Shown in pieces: positions 23,544-37,256 of a stretch of 64,000 nt of DNA; the stretch's first letter is position 1, and every line of letters begins with the position of its first letter. A program made the translations under genes and the position numbers. Source of the DNA: Takakia lepidozioides (taxonomy: Eukaryota; Plantae; Bryophyta); assembly GCA_030704615.1 (NCBI GenBank), contig CM060731.1, positions 29,264,001 through 29,328,000 of the forward strand. Reading direction: 5' to 3'. Under the pieces are notes generated by a model, which was not told the origin of the DNA, made no database searches, and was given only the letters and a program-made list of their open reading frames with translations.

Positions 23544-26500
23544 ATGATGCAAAGCGTGGAGGAGCTGCAGGCCAATCTTGACACCTACAATGAGCAGCTG
23601 CTGCAAGTGCGTTGCATCCATAACCCCTAAGATTCTCTAATTTGGCGCCGTCACTGGATAGGGTCATTAACATGCATGCACCAGAAGTACTTCGTGTTTT
23701 TGCTAGTTGGGAATTAGTACACGATACCATACCCTCATCGCTGGTTTCTTAGTCTGTGCAAACGATAGTGCGATTCTAACTAGGGGGGTGAGAGCAGGGT
23801 TATTGAAATGTGTTGTGCTTTCGATGCAGGTGAGGCAATTGTTGGAGGCGGAGCCTGGGAATGGGGAGTACGAGGAAATGGCCAACGGTTTAGCGGAGGT
23901 ATGTAGAACTTCTGACTGCAGAATGATTATGCGTAGTGTGACTTATGCATATCAAAACCATGGACTCTTTGCGAACAAAAATGCAGTGATGGATGCTAGG
24001 TTAGGTCCTGCTCAATGTGTCAAGCAGTGAGACGTAGGGAAACACAGAGACAGACAGACAGACAGCGAGGGATGGGGTCAGGCCTGGAAGTGTCCTAAGG
24101 GGTCACCAATGTTGTTCAAGCAGGGCAGCACGACACAGCTGCATGCGAGAGAGGACCTTTGTTGGAGTTGCTATGCAAGGTGAGGCGGTTTGCCCCTCAT
24201 TTTATAAAATCACGGTGCTTCGCCTTGCGGTCGGGGTTACTTTTTGTTCCTCGTGCTCTTGACTCATCTTCACACCATATTGTGGCTTACTAAAAGGTAC
24301 CTTCTGTTGTGTCTAGGTCATACCATTACTCTGCACCGGGTTGACTCCCTGTGTGCAGGGTTGGCAACTGATTCCATTAAATTTGTGATGGGTCCTACTT
24401 AAGATGTGAATTTAGCTTTGCTTGGACTAATTGGGGTGTGTTGTTCATTTGTTGATGTGCCCTTTTTATGTGGCATGCTGCAGGTGATAGAGCTGACACA
24501 GGATTTGCTGAAGTCGGCACAGCATGCAGAAGCGGCAAGTGAATTGTCATCTGAGCCCGAGTTGGAACCACCATCTTCCATTCACGATCCTCCTACTTAT
24601 CCTACGTCCAGGTTCAGTCCTCAGCAGGTAGCTCAATATTTCTATCCTACCGACTTACCTCCTGGTATGCCTGAGCTATTTTTATCCCACCTATCTGCAG
24701 ACAAGATGCAAGGTTTTCGAATCGGTCAGAAGTTTGGTCTTCCGTGCGCTGAATGGCTGAATAGTTAACAAGGAAGAAAAGTGATCAGATACAAGCGATC
24801 CAGATATGTGGTGTTGCCAGTGTTTGAATCTTAGCAAAAGACAGTGTATGTGGCAATCTTGTGAGGCCGAATTCTTGTATAGGGTCATTTACTTCGCTGA
24901 GGACATACCCAGAGAACTCGTCTTATTACTGGATATATGCAACATGCGCCTTTGACATCCGTAATCCAATGTTTGCAGGATCTCCCTTTCTCGCATGATA
25001 TTCCTGGGAGACTTCCTGTTGGTTCGAAGGTACAGGCTGTTTGGAGTGAAGATGGGGAATGGTAAGCGTTTGTTTTTTGTCTCCTAAGAATCAGTTGTCT
25101 ATGTTATTACGTCTGTGCTAGTGTGGTTGACAGCTGCGAAGTCGTATGTGTTTCCCCTGCCAGTAAAGAGCTTAAGTACAAGAATTTTTCATTGCCCATG
25201 CCTTCCTTGTTGACAATCTGTTTCGATAATCACTTAGCTATTTGTCTGCTGATGATGAATGGTGCTTAGGAGTTCTATAGAGGTGTGGATGTGCTAATCT
25301 TGATGCATTTCACAGGTACACTGCTACAGTAGAGGCTGTCACTCCAAATGGCTACTTCGTGTCATATGACGAGTGGGGCAACAAAGAGGAGGTGGGTACA
25401 CCTGAAAGCATAGGTGCCTATCGATGTATAGCTCTACCCATACCTAGAAGTTGATTTGGTGATCAGGTGATGTGAGTGGCCCCACAGTACTTGAGATGTT
25501 AGACATCTCTGATGTTTCAGTAAGATCTTATCGGACAAAAGTGCACTGATACTTCTCCATGCAGGTGGACCTGTCAAATGTGAGGGAATTGAGAATCTCA
25601 GAAGTTGAGGTTAATGTTGATGTTGCTGATGCTGATGCTGATGCTGGGACTGAAACGATATTTGATGCGGAGCGAGAAGCAGAGGTTACTCGAAAGGCAA
25701 TAAAGAACAAGATTGCAGAGGCTGCTGTTTTGGAGGTTATGCCACGTGATCTGCCCCTGAAGCTGCGTATACGTCCCGACGATCCTGAAGATGTGGTTAG
25801 TATTGATTATGATTTGCCTTGATATCTTCTCAGGTCTTGTTGGATTTTTGTCTCATTGCCCTTGTAGAGATTGACAACCACCCTTGCTGGCAATTAGATT
25901 GTAAGAATGGGGAGCACCTAAAGTATACTTAACCCAGAATGGTTCTTTCAATGCCTCGTATGATGATGATGTTCATGCATCCAGAAAGCTGCAAAGAAGA
26001 AGAAGATTCATGCCTTCAAATCAAAGCAGAGACTTGAGCAAATGGAGCTGACACAGAACAAGCGCCAAAATGCGTGGCATCAATTTCAAACTGCCAAGGG
26101 CAAAAACAAAAAGGTATTATCTTTTCTATGCAATTGGCTGCATGCTTCTCTCTTATTGTCCTTTTCAGAAGCTGCCTACCTGTACTGCAGAGTTGCATAG
26201 GTGGGATTTACATTTGTCCAGATGACATGCAATTTTGTAGGGGTATTTCACCATCTCTGTGAAATGAGATTATCTATTATACAACTTTCCATGGCTTCGC
26301 TCGCGCATGGACTGAAGGAGAGTGTAGAATTTCATGTGCATGCAAATGATGGGTCTCTGAACATATTGTTGTGGTCTAGGCTGCTCTGGCTTACAGTATG
26401 ACAGTGATAGTTCTTTTGAATTTCATTGGTTGGCAGTACTGAATGCCATACCTGTGTTTTGATTGAGTGGGAGTAAAACTGAAGTTTCCAGTGGAACAAA

Positions 26501-27117
26501 GTCAGGTGCAGCTATATCTGAGATCGTCATCAGTTTTCTTTCAGAATTTCAACTTTGTCAGATTAATGATAGGTTTATCCATGAGTATGTTAAGATAGGA
26601 TGGTCACCTACACAGCTATCCTAAACATTTGACTATCAGAGATTATCAAACTGCAACTTACTTTGATGTCCTTTGCATGGTTCTTTCCTCTGCCATCCAA
26701 GACATGGTGTTGATTGTCAGCCAAGGCGAATGGTCCCCATAAGATCAAATGGCCACTAGCTTATGTCACTAGTAGCATAGAGAGAAGACTCTGGGGCCAT
26801 AGCTAGCATAACTAAGAGCCACTTCACCTCACGGCTACTGCTCCCTTGGGGGGGTGGGCTTATCATATAGCCATACGACTACACTCAGGGCTGTTCTATG
26901 GCACATTCAAATATGGACCTGCACTAACAAACTTTTCGCAATAATATAGGTGGGCTTCTTCACGGGGCGAAGGAAGGAGAGCATCTTCAAGTCTCCAGAT
27001 GCACCAAAGGGGAAGGTAGGTGTCACGGGAAGTGGGAAAGGCATCACCGAGTTTAACAAGCGTGAGAAGCATCTCCATTTAAGAGTAGGTGGTGAGGATG
27101 GAGAGGACTTTCTGTGA
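23544..27117 (+). CDS. SPF30: Survival-of-motor-neuron-related splicing factor 30, Tudor domain (8 exons: ~23544-23606, 23830-23898, 24484-24627, 24980-25061, 25316-25391, 25565-25795, 25985-26112, 26950-27117)
   Basis: SVEELQANLDTYNEQLLQ|VRQLL...EYEEM...|VIELTQDLL; Tudor PVGSKVQAVWSEDGEW|YTATVEAVTPNGYFVSYDEWGNKEE; KKKIHAFKSKQR...NKRQNAWHQF; SIFKSPDAPKGKVGVTGSGKGITEF. Canonical splice sites. Confidence 0.93.
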
Positions 27118-28151
27118 ATACAACCCAGTGATTTTCTGAGCTTTGTAGTTTTCAATATACAACTTTTTGCTCAGCTTAAGCTATCATACCTTACAACGAA
27201 GGTATTCCTTAGAGTGAGGGATGTTCTCATGCTATCTGAAATGTGAAGTCCTGTAACTGTTGCGTTCTGGTAATGCCCTCTTTGTTGGAATTCAGTCTTG
27301 TGGTCTCCACCAGCAGTAGAAGGCTGAAATTCATGAAGATGTCATTTCACTACATTTCTCTCACACAATTGCAAAGAAATGGTCAGGGCACCCCGAAGTT
27401 CTAGGGTTTAATTTGCTTGCCAGTGGTCCTGCAACAGAAAAAGTCACACCTGCAATTCAACTGAGCAATGGTGAAAAGATTGAGGTAGGCACATAAATCT
27501 ACAAATAAAATGAAGGAAGCTTTGGTCATCACTGCTTTTCTGCAAGGCAAAAAGATATGTTTTTTCCCCATGGTTGAGGAAATGTAAGGGTTGAAACTTG
27601 AAACTAATCACCACACAAGGAATTCTTGAGCTCCACCTGTCACAAGTTTCTACAACTTGCTAAAGCAAGCCTCTACAATCTTTCCAAAATGCTACAGGCA
27701 GTGGATTCAAACAAAGACAAAAGTCTCAAACCCCTAATCAGGCAGTGGCTTCATGAGAGGTTAGATACCCCACTACATGGATTTTGCCAGCTCCTTCAGG
27801 GTTGAGAGCGAGAGAGAGAAAGAGATGACAAAGCCAACCGAGTTAGCGTACATAAGAGCCTCTCCCCCTTCAGGATTCATAACCACGAGTTCGGTGTCCA
27901 TCGAGTTTCCACGATTGCTTGAAGGCGGAAAGAAGAGGGACGAGGAGTTGGAGTGTGGGATGTGAGGGAAGCAAGAAATTGGTGGGGTAGTGAAGTCTTA
28001 AAAACCGGCTCACGATAAGTGAAGATCACAGTTCCCTCATCCACAGTGCGGTTCACAATTCCCTGCAATTCCCTGAGGCTGACTCGTTACGGTTATATCA
28101 ACAACAACAACAACACTTGGGTACAGGAAAATCTTCTAGTGCGGTGTGGCT

Positions 28152-29347
28152 ATGGCCGATAGCACCGTGGGCGACCGAGTTCGCGAAGCGCAGGTGGAGG
28201 CACGAGCACGCAATATTAGCCATAATGTTCGCTGCCTGTCCTGTGGCCACCAGTCGATCGAGGAATCTCAAGCTGACATTGCTGTTCTTCTTCGCAAGGT
28301 CTCTTTCTTTCTCTTTCCCTCTCTCTATTGATTTTCGCTCAGAATTGTTTGCGAACAGAAGTCAGTTGCATCAAGGCCCCGTGATTTGTTACATGGACCG
28401 CTTGTTTCAGCCCCAGAAGAACAACATCATGGCATGTATCAGAGGCAAGTATCCTTCAGTGCCTTAATAGCCCTGGTTCACACGTATAATTTGGTGAATT
28501 AGGTCATCGGTTTGCACGCAAGCCACATGCAATATTGTGGAAGAAATTTTGCTTGATATGAGTGGTGCGAACTAGAAGAAACTGGAAGTTTAATATCATT
28601 AGGTGACGAAGATAGGCTGATCAATTACTGTGCTGCTGTGGGGTGCAGGTAATAAGAGATGATTTGAGAGAAGGAAAATCTGACAAGGAGATCTATCACA
28701 AGTTGACCACTGATTATGGAGAAACGATTCTCTACTCTCCAGCCTTTGATGCGCAAACTGCCATTATCTGGGTGCTGCCGGTGAGAGCACCTCCACATAA
28801 GGGTCGCGAGACCTTGCTAAGAATATTGCATTACATGAGAGCATGCCAATGGTTGCCATTAAATCATATCAAACATTTACTTGCCCCCATAAGAGGACTT
28901 AAGAGTTGAATGTCTACATGTGTAAAGTGGGGATGCAGCCTTATATACAAAAAGTGAGTGCCAATGCAGACTTCATGGATGCAGGGAATTTATTTCTAGG
29001 GAGGAATTGTTTCATTACCAGAAGGATTGGGTCCATCTTGGTGTCCTGATTCTTTGAGCTTCTTGTAAGTTCTGCCACTTTAGATCCAGGGTTTCAAGGA
29101 GTGATTAAGTCATTTCTTTGTTATGGGGAGGCGTGGGGGACAGGTGGTTACTATTGGGGCGTTGGCCGGGATGACGTTTTACCGAGGCAGGGCTGGGGGA
29201 AAGCAGAAGGATGTGGGCAGAATGGCCGATGCGCTTCTGTATGGCATCCCTCTGAGTCCCACAGAACACCATGTGTTGAAGTCGTTAGTACAACCTCCTG
29301 CAGCTGGACCCAGCAGAGGCTGGCATTGGTTGCGTGCACAGAAGTGA
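28152..29347 (+). CDS. CCMH: Mitochondrial cytochrome c maturation protein CcmH (exons 28152-28298, 28649-28780, 29144-29347)
   Basis: ARARNISHNVRCLSCGHQSIEESQADIAVLLRK|VIRDDLREGKSDKEIYHKLTTDYGETILYSPAFDAQTAIIWVLP. RCxxC motif and a C-terminal transmembrane segment. Confidence 0.95.
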
Positions 29348-29453
29348 GGGTAACCTGCTTATGTTGCTCCTAACGAAGTGTTACCTTTCAATATTTAATC
29401 TAGCATAGTCTCTTTGGATGGGGTTATGAATGATTGGGCACAGATGAGCACAT

Positions 29454-29631
29454 CTGGAACTGTGGAAGGAACAAGTCAGGAAAATAGGAGAAAAAGGTGT
29501 ATGTGCTGTCCAAGCATTTGGTTGAGAAGGTGGCTGCCCTGCATCTGGATCACCTAGGTGCCAAGCTTACCAAGCTGACACCTCATGAGGCCTCCTACAT
29601 GTTGAGGGCACCTGTCCACTACTGCTATTGA
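29454..29631 (+). pseudogene. SAHH: S-adenosylhomocysteine hydrolase C-terminal (last-exon) remnant
   Basis: [47 protein letters not shown]...VEG...VHYCY* matches the SAHH C-terminus, with a stop and deletions. Confidence 0.88.
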
Positions 29632-30127
29632 GATCAGCCAGTTAGGCTTGGGTCTAAATTTGTGTCTAGTTGCACGTGCACTCGTGGTAACTCCCAAGCA
29701 ACATTATCATGGAAATTATCATGAGGAAATGGGGAATGTAAGGGTTCGAAAGACCCTAATTCCCCTTTTTTTGCCCTAGGATTGTGTAATTATGAGAAGC
29801 CTTGAGTAGTGACATTTGCCTTCACTAGCCTTTCCATCTTCAGCCTTTGAAGTGGATGTGCAAGACAACTGCTACATAAAGTTTCTACGATCTTTACAAC
29901 CTGCTTTGATCTGCTTGATATGAACATATAGACCACAGTCCAGAATCTGACCCATTGTGGTCTGCTAAATTCTGCATACAGTACTACAATACATCTTTCA
30001 TCAGTAACATTGTATTAGAGCATTAACCTGCCACTAGACTTTGGTGACAGGGACCACTAGTGAAACTAAAATTCTCTTAGAACCCCAATGAGCTCTAGAT
30101 CAATCATTATGTGCCCTATGTTTCATT

Positions 30128-30231
30128 TGATGAAGGACATAGGTGTTAGACAGCAGCCAGGTCACTGTTACATAGAGTTTGACAACCACCAGAATACATT
30201 CATTGTAGATGGCAAATCACACCCACAAGTT
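30128..30231 (+). repeat. 104-bp displaced fragment of the PPR-DYW PG-box region
   Basis: Matches 15759-15862 with one mismatch. Confidence 0.95.
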
Positions 30232-30760
30232 CGAGAATGTTGGACAACATTTTGCCATTTTTTCCCCAGGCTTCCACACTCGGCACATATCAACAAGTGC
30301 ATTAGGCACTTGGAACTTTGAGACAGATCCAGATTTCATGATGAGGGCATGGATGCACTTGCCCTCTTCAATGGCTCTGTTGATGCAAGCATTGAGGATG
30401 ACAAAGAAAGGTACTCCATTTGACTGTGTGACTTCGTTTGCTGGAAACATTGAAAAGCCTTCTTACAATGCCCATGCCGAACCAGACTTGCAAGCAAATA
30501 TAGTAGTCCATCAGACCACATTCAACAGTAGGTGCATCCATCAGGTCTGTACTTGCATTGCATGCTGATAAGAGCATTCCGGACCCCAAATCTAAGTCCA
30601 ATCCAGCTTCAACAATGCCCACATGGACTGTTTGCCCTGTCCCAGATGTGCTGCCTGTCCACACTCAGAATGCCAATGAAAGGTACCTTTTGGCCTTCAA
30701 GTCTTTAGAAGAGAGCAGAAGTATCAGGACATGGCCAAGACTCTCATTGCTCCATAATTT
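30232..30760 (-). pseudogene. Old, highly degenerate PLS-PPR remnant
   Basis: GQTVHVGIVEAGLDLD (L motif), RHGHCKKAFQCFQQ (P motif) and NGVPFFVILNACINRAIEEGKCIHALIMKSG...NALVDM (L+S), in shifting frames. Confidence 0.7.
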
Positions 30761-31224
30761 CCTGCTTCAATCCCCCTTTCTGCCACATTGTGCTCAGGTC
30801 CCCACTAGTTCCACAAGGTTTCTTTGCTTCTATGTTGCTCCTCTAATCAGAACTATTCTTGGTGAACGGGCAGAGATACCGGAAGACCTTGCATTGCTTG
30901 TCGATGGCGGACATACCTGTCAACAACAATTGTGCAGGTGGGGAGAGGCATAGTCAAATATGGTTCAGGTGGATTGTAAGTAAACGAAACCAGCTCGATA
31001 TGAGTTGTAACCTACCACATTTAGTATGAAAATCAACGCAGCTTCATGCTTGTTCAAAAGACACCCCTTCTTTGCTGCAAAACATCGAACCTCCAGAGCT
31101 TCAGGGTAATCTTCTGCATAATCTCTGGACTCCTCCGCAACAAGGTGTTCTTTCACTGCTGCTGTTCAGTCACGATTATCACCACAGGCCAAAAAGCAAG
31201 AGAGCAGAGGTGACTCCAGCACTA

Positions 31225-33578
31225 AATCACAAGTTATTTTCTTTCGACTTTGCTCTTCGTTTTCAAAAAAACAAGAACAAATTATGACCTTCACGTCCTC
31301 CCAGTTGAACTGATGCACATTTTCTCATCATGGTTTCACCAGTAATCCCCACAAGAGCAAACCCCATCTTCAAAGTGGTGAAAGCGGTTGGCATCCCGTA
31401 CAATAATTGCTCGCCCAACAATCTTCGAGATAAACTTGGTGGCCGTGTGGCAGTCGCCACAGAAGGCATTTTGCCGCTCGTTCTGCCACCTCCACATTCC
31501 CATGAATTCTGCAGGCACCAAGTAGGGCCCCCCAGACTGGAGCATGTGGTTGAATGGGCATTTGTCAATCAAGTGCTCTGCCTTGTCCAATCGCCCTCCA
31601 CGGCCAAGAAGGTCCACCATGCAGCCAAAATGCTCCAGTGTAGGAGTGAGGCCATGATCTTGACTCATAGAATCAAAGTAGTGACAGCCTTCATCCACTA
31701 GACCCATGTGGCAACATGCGGAGAGAAGACATATAAAGGTGATACCATCTGGCTTCAAGCCTTCCTCTTGCATTTTTTGAAAAAGTTGCAGGGCTTCTAT
31801 ACCACACCCATGCTGAGCATATCCTGCGATCATCACATTCCATGACACCAAATTTCGTTGAGCCATACTGTCAAACACTTGTCGTGCATCCTTCATGCTC
31901 CCGCATTTGGCATACATGTCAGTGAGGGCAGTCTCCAGAATTATATGTGGTACCATTCCAGCTTTGATGATGTTAGCATGGACCTCTTTGCCCTTTTCCA
32001 GGGCTGCCAGGCTGGCACATGCCTTGAGAACGCAAATGAATGAAATCCTGTTGGGCAGCACCCCTTCCAAGATCATCTGCTCATAGATTTCGAAAGCCTC
32101 CCTACCACACACCCATGTTGAGCATATCCTGCGCTCATTGCATTCCATGAAACCAAATCTCGCTTAGCCATATCGTCGAACACCTGACGCGCATCCTTAA
32201 TGCTCCCACATTTGGCATACATGTCTATGAGGGTATTCTCAAGGATAATATCTGATGCGTTTCCAGCTTTAATGATGTCACCATGGACCTCTATGCCCTT
32301 TTCCAGCGCTCTCAAGCAGCCACATGCCTTCAGAGCACAAATGAAAGTGACCCTGTCAGGCGTCACACCTTCCTGTATCAATTGTCTATAAGTCTCTAAA
32401 GCCTCCCTACCACACCCATGATGGACGTATCCTGCACACATCGCATTCCATGAGACTACATTTCGTTCAGCCATCCTGTCAAAGGCTCGAAGTGTATCCT
32501 TTATGCTGCCACACTTTGCATACATGTTAACAAGGGCAGTCACCAGTATGATATCAGGCACTATTCCAGCTTTAATGATATTACCATGAATCTCTATTCC
32601 CTTTTCCAAGGCTGCTAGGCTGGCACATGCATTGAGAATGCAAATGAATGTGACCCCATCCGGAGTCACCCCTTCCCGTATCATCTGCTCGTAGGTCTCG
32701 AAACCTCCCTACCACACCCATGCTGAGCATATGCTGCAGTCATTGCGTTCCATGAGACCACATTTCGTTCAGCCATCCTGTCAAAGACTTGACGTGCATT
32801 GCTTACACCCCCACACTTGGCATACATGTTAACAAGGGCAGTCTCCAAAATAACATCTGTTGCAATTCCAGCGTCGACAATGTCACCATGGACCTCTTTG
32901 CCCTTTTCTAGGGCTACCAGTCTGGCACAGCCATTGAGAACGCAAGTGAATGTGACCTTGTTGGGTGTCACTCCTTCTTGTATCATTTGCTCGTAGATCT
33001 CTAAGGCCTCCCTCCCAAACCCATGCTTGGAATATGCTGCCACCATTATAGTCCAAGTAAACACATCCCGTTCAGGCATTTTGTCAAACACTCGGCGTGC
33101 ATCCACCATACTGCTGCACTTGGCATACATGTTAACGAGTGTGTTGAGTAGACATATATTTGGCTTGAATCCACTTTGTGTAATATGGGCATGCACCTGC
33201 TTCCCCTCTGCTAGGCCCTTGATCTTCATGCACTCCTGCAAGAGACAAACGTAAGTATTGGAGTATGCCGAACTTCCTTCTTGGTTCAATATATGCAGTG
33301 CCTCTTTTAGTTGTCCTGCTCTGCATAGTGTGCCCACATTCCCCCAAACGCCAGAAGAGTTTTTGTGGACTCCCTTTCTTGGTCTTCTGAGCAGTGGTCA
33401 TGGCGGAGGTGCCTGACTCAAAAAACTGTGCCTGATTCAACCCTGCCATCCTGCATGAATCAGAACTTTAAGTTGAATAAACCTTGCCACTCAAACACAC
33501 CTAATACATCTCAAAGTTCCCTTAAACTTCCCTGCTATATGTCAACAGGATCATGTGTTGATTTCCTTCCATAGCACA
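31225..33578 (-). pseudogene. PLS-class PPR-DYW copy 2: inverted duplicate of ~13554-16300 with its own frameshifts and a 407-bp deletion
   Basis: Near-identical to copy 1, including flanks. Indels at ~32704 (-1), ~32108 (+2) and ~31562 (-1). The junction at 31460/31461 joins ccttct to gtggcgac and removes copy-1 bases 15664-16070. Confidence 0.93.
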
Positions 33579-33974
33579 GCATGGAGGTGCACACTAGCAA
33601 AAAAATGCCAACCCAGATACAGCTGTGATACCATTACTGCTGCTTAAGAATGGCCAAACAAGTATGACATAGAGAACTGTCTTCACCCTCACACTGACAA
33701 AAGTTTACAGCCGTAAAACCAATGTTCAAGACTGTCTTGCTGTGTGTGATTTCTGATGCACCCCGAAAACCAAACTCTCTGCTCCATTTCAGTCTGAAGG
33801 GAGAGAAGTAATTATTCCTTCATTGGAAAATAAAAACTCTGATCCTTAATCTATGCAATGGGCAGCTCACTTTCTGCCCTTCTGAATTTTATAAATAAGA
33901 GTACACAGCAGACCCATGCAACTAACAGAGAAGGATCAGAGCTACAGGAAGTCTACATCTGTAAAGGAGGGACT

Positions 33975-35534
33975 GTCGTACTGGAAGCGGGCCACCCACC
34001 AACCAGAGCTCCCTGCACACTTTAGCCTTGTTGTGTCCAGCTTCTGGAATTGACCACACTTCAAGAATACCCTCACCATCAACTCAGCTGCTCGAATGAT
34101 CCTCATGAATGCCGGTGGACTCATTGAAAGATGCTTCATGCCTGGAAGATAATCCGTGGACATGGGCTCCGCGATATATGGGGCATTATGGCGCTTCGAC
34201 AATGAAGCCTTGCCCAATGACTTGCTAAAAAAGGTGGGTAATTTGGATACTGTAATGCACGGCTGTTCCTTGGTCAACATTTTTCATTTGCTCACCCCTT
34301 ACTACCCCGGACCAACGTGCATGTCTTTCAACATCATCCTCAACCTCATTTTCTAGAGGCAATCTCAAAAGTGATAGGATTGATCAGCTAAAGCATACAA
34401 ATTACCAGGTCTATCTATAATCTATCTTCCTTCGACTCACAGTCTATTAATCAGGTGGAGCATTCTGTACTTGGCATCTATGCTGGTGAGGTCTCGACAC
34501 ATTGTTATGTTGCGTGGGTACCATGTACTGAAGACGGAAAGCTTTGAAACAGCCTACATACAACCGTAGACTATCAGAAATTGATCTATGACATTGAAAC
34601 ATAGTTAAAGCATCAGAACTATTAAATACACTGCCACCGCATTGTTGGCAGGGGGATGGCAGAACCTGATCAAAAGTCTGAGAGTGGTGTAAAGTTGGTG
34701 TTTGAGGACTACCCATACGCACTTGATGGCCTTGACATATGGTATGCCCAGAAAAGCTGGGTGCAAGACTATGTCAACATACACTATTGCGACGACAGTA
34801 CTGTCCAGCAGGATGCAGAGCTCCAGGAATGGTGGTTTGAGATCCGCACCAAGGGACATGCAGATAAGAAAGATGCAGAGGGCTGGCCAACTCCCAATTC
34901 CAAGGAAAATCTCATCCAGATTTGACAACTCTTATTTGGTTGGCTTCGGCTCATCATGCCGCTGTGAACTTCGGGCATGCCCAACCATGCTACCACAATG
35001 CGGCGTCACGTCCCTGAAGAGAATAGTGAAGATCACAAAGAGCTGCTATCTGATCCAGAGAAGTTCTTCCTTCAGTCCCACTCAAACAGGCTACCATTGG
35101 CATGGCATCTGTTGAGATCTTGTCAAGCCACGCAACTGACGAAGTGTATTTGGGCGAAGCTACAAGAGAGAAATGGACAGAGAATCAGGAGTTAAGTAGT
35201 TTACTGGTGCCTACATGGACAATGTTAGAGCAAAGCTTTAGTACTTCAAGTGGAGCAACTTGAGAAAGTGCTCCAAATAATATCTAAAGAAAATGACATT
35301 CCTCATTATTACCTTGTTTTGGAAGTGATGGCTGGTTTGTTTCTTGGGTTGCGGGTGCTGAAAGCATTCGAGAAGTATGGAGAAAGACAAAAACAAATTG
35401 AGCAGACAATCGAAGACAGAAATAACGAGAAAAAGCTTAGAAACCGTTCTGCCCCTGCCCAAGTTCCCTACACCCTACTGATGCCCTCATCTCCGACACA
35501 TGGTGTGACAGGCATGGGTAATGTCCAAACATGA
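33975..35534 (+). pseudogene. LOX: Lipoxygenase pseudogene (C-terminal exons)
   Basis: HFKNTLTINSAARMILMNAGGLIE..F.PGR*, WRFDNEALPNDLLK, GVKLVFEDYPYALDGLDIW, QQDAELQEWWFEIRTKGHADKKD, LIWLASAHHAAVNFG, EILSSHATDEVYLG, RNRSAPAQVPYTLLMPSS. Internal stops and deletions; the terminal NS(I/V)SI is missing. Confidence 0.9.
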
Positions 35535-37256
35535 GTTCAAATCACTAATCTGCAGCTGAGCAGCCAGGATTTCAACTCCTGCTCCTACAGATCGGGCCAA
35601 AACCACTAAAATTGCTTGGCGACTTTAAACTTAAACCCAGGACAACTTCAAACATTCAAATTTACTCAATCTATTCTGTCCAATAACAACATAGAACTGC
35701 TAAAACATATAAACATAAGTTTAGGCGACCGAAATATGGTCAAATGTACAGATTATCAGCATGTCAGTGTCAACAAGAGAAACCCCATCATTCTTGTTAC
35801 CCTCCAGACCAGAAACTGACAGGGTGCAACATAGGTATCCTCACCTTATCAACCCTGGACGTACACCACAGTGGAGGATTTGCCATTGACTCTGGCCAAG
35901 ACCCCTCTATGCTCCTTGCTTTGCCTGCATGCAGTACTACTAAAACGTAAGAAATGTGCCAGCTCATGATTTCTGCTGCCTATTGTGGAATGTTAGTATT
36001 CCCTTCCCTAAGTGGATTTCTTTCTATGAAGGTGTCATCCCAACAAAGCAGGGCTGGAACAGGCTGTCAGAGCCGATCTCTGGGAGATGTATAATTGGGC
36101 CCAGTGAGCCAGTTAGACCCAATCCCCAGTTTAATGAAAACAAGTTCATAGGCATCAAATATAACTGTAGCAGCATGCATTCATCGTGATGAATTGAATC
36201 TCGGGGTGGTTCCCCATGATTTACCCAAGAAGAATCAAGTCCATAGCCTTTGTGTGTGTCCGTCTCTCCCCTCGCGCACTCGTGCAGACACAAACACAAA
36301 TGCACGGGAGAAAAGGAAGATAAACATAAAGGAAGATCCAGGCTTTGCACAAGATTCTGAAGCTGATGGAGGGGGACAATAATGTCTGCCATTCTCAGGT
36401 TCTTCTCCAGCTGTTGTTGTGACAATCCCGTGAAAGTTTTGGACCAAACGGGATGTTTCTCCTCATGTACTTTAAAGACAGTTGAAAGCCTGGATGGCTC
36501 CGACAGAGGACATATGTGACCATGGCTCTTTTCGGAGATTGCTGCTCTAACGCATTTCAGTGACTGGCTCACACGCGTGGCACAAGTGAGCGCGCCTGCG
36601 CCCCAAATTGCTCCTGCCAAAGAAGGGATCCACAAAGGAGCACTCATTCATCATTCTTTGCATCCCCTTCTTCTCTTCCACTTTTCGGGTCTTCTAGCTA
36701 CATTACAACTTGCAGCATGATTGTTAGCCCTCGGGAGTACCGAAAAACTTAACAATATCAGAGAGCTTTTGGACATGTTAGTAGTGCGATCCATCACAAA
36801 GGCAACACTTGTGACAAGGCTTTTGCATGACTTGGAATTGGATTGCCGAAAACATCCTTTGATTGTCATTCCGAGCGTATTTGTGTGTAAGAACTGGAAT
36901 GATACTTTCACATCAGATTCATGTAACACAACCTGCTACAGAAGTTCGTCAATAAGAGCTCTGGATTTCAGAAGAAGCCCATTGTGCTTTAGTCCAGTTG
37001 TTTCCCTTTGAAAATGCAAATACCGACTATCACACGTCTACAAGAAAGGCGGCGTTAGTTCCCAAGTTACCTGCATTCGAACCGAGGCCACTGAACAAAT
37101 CACTCTCCATCTCTCTACACTCACACGCAGCATCGCACAGATTTGTCGTCTATTCCTGGAAGATTAATGGGCAGGAGCCCTTTAAGACGGTGTTCGACAT
37201 CCAAGTGATGCGGGATCTCAGTGCTCATTGACAGACACACTACCACATCATGCGAG

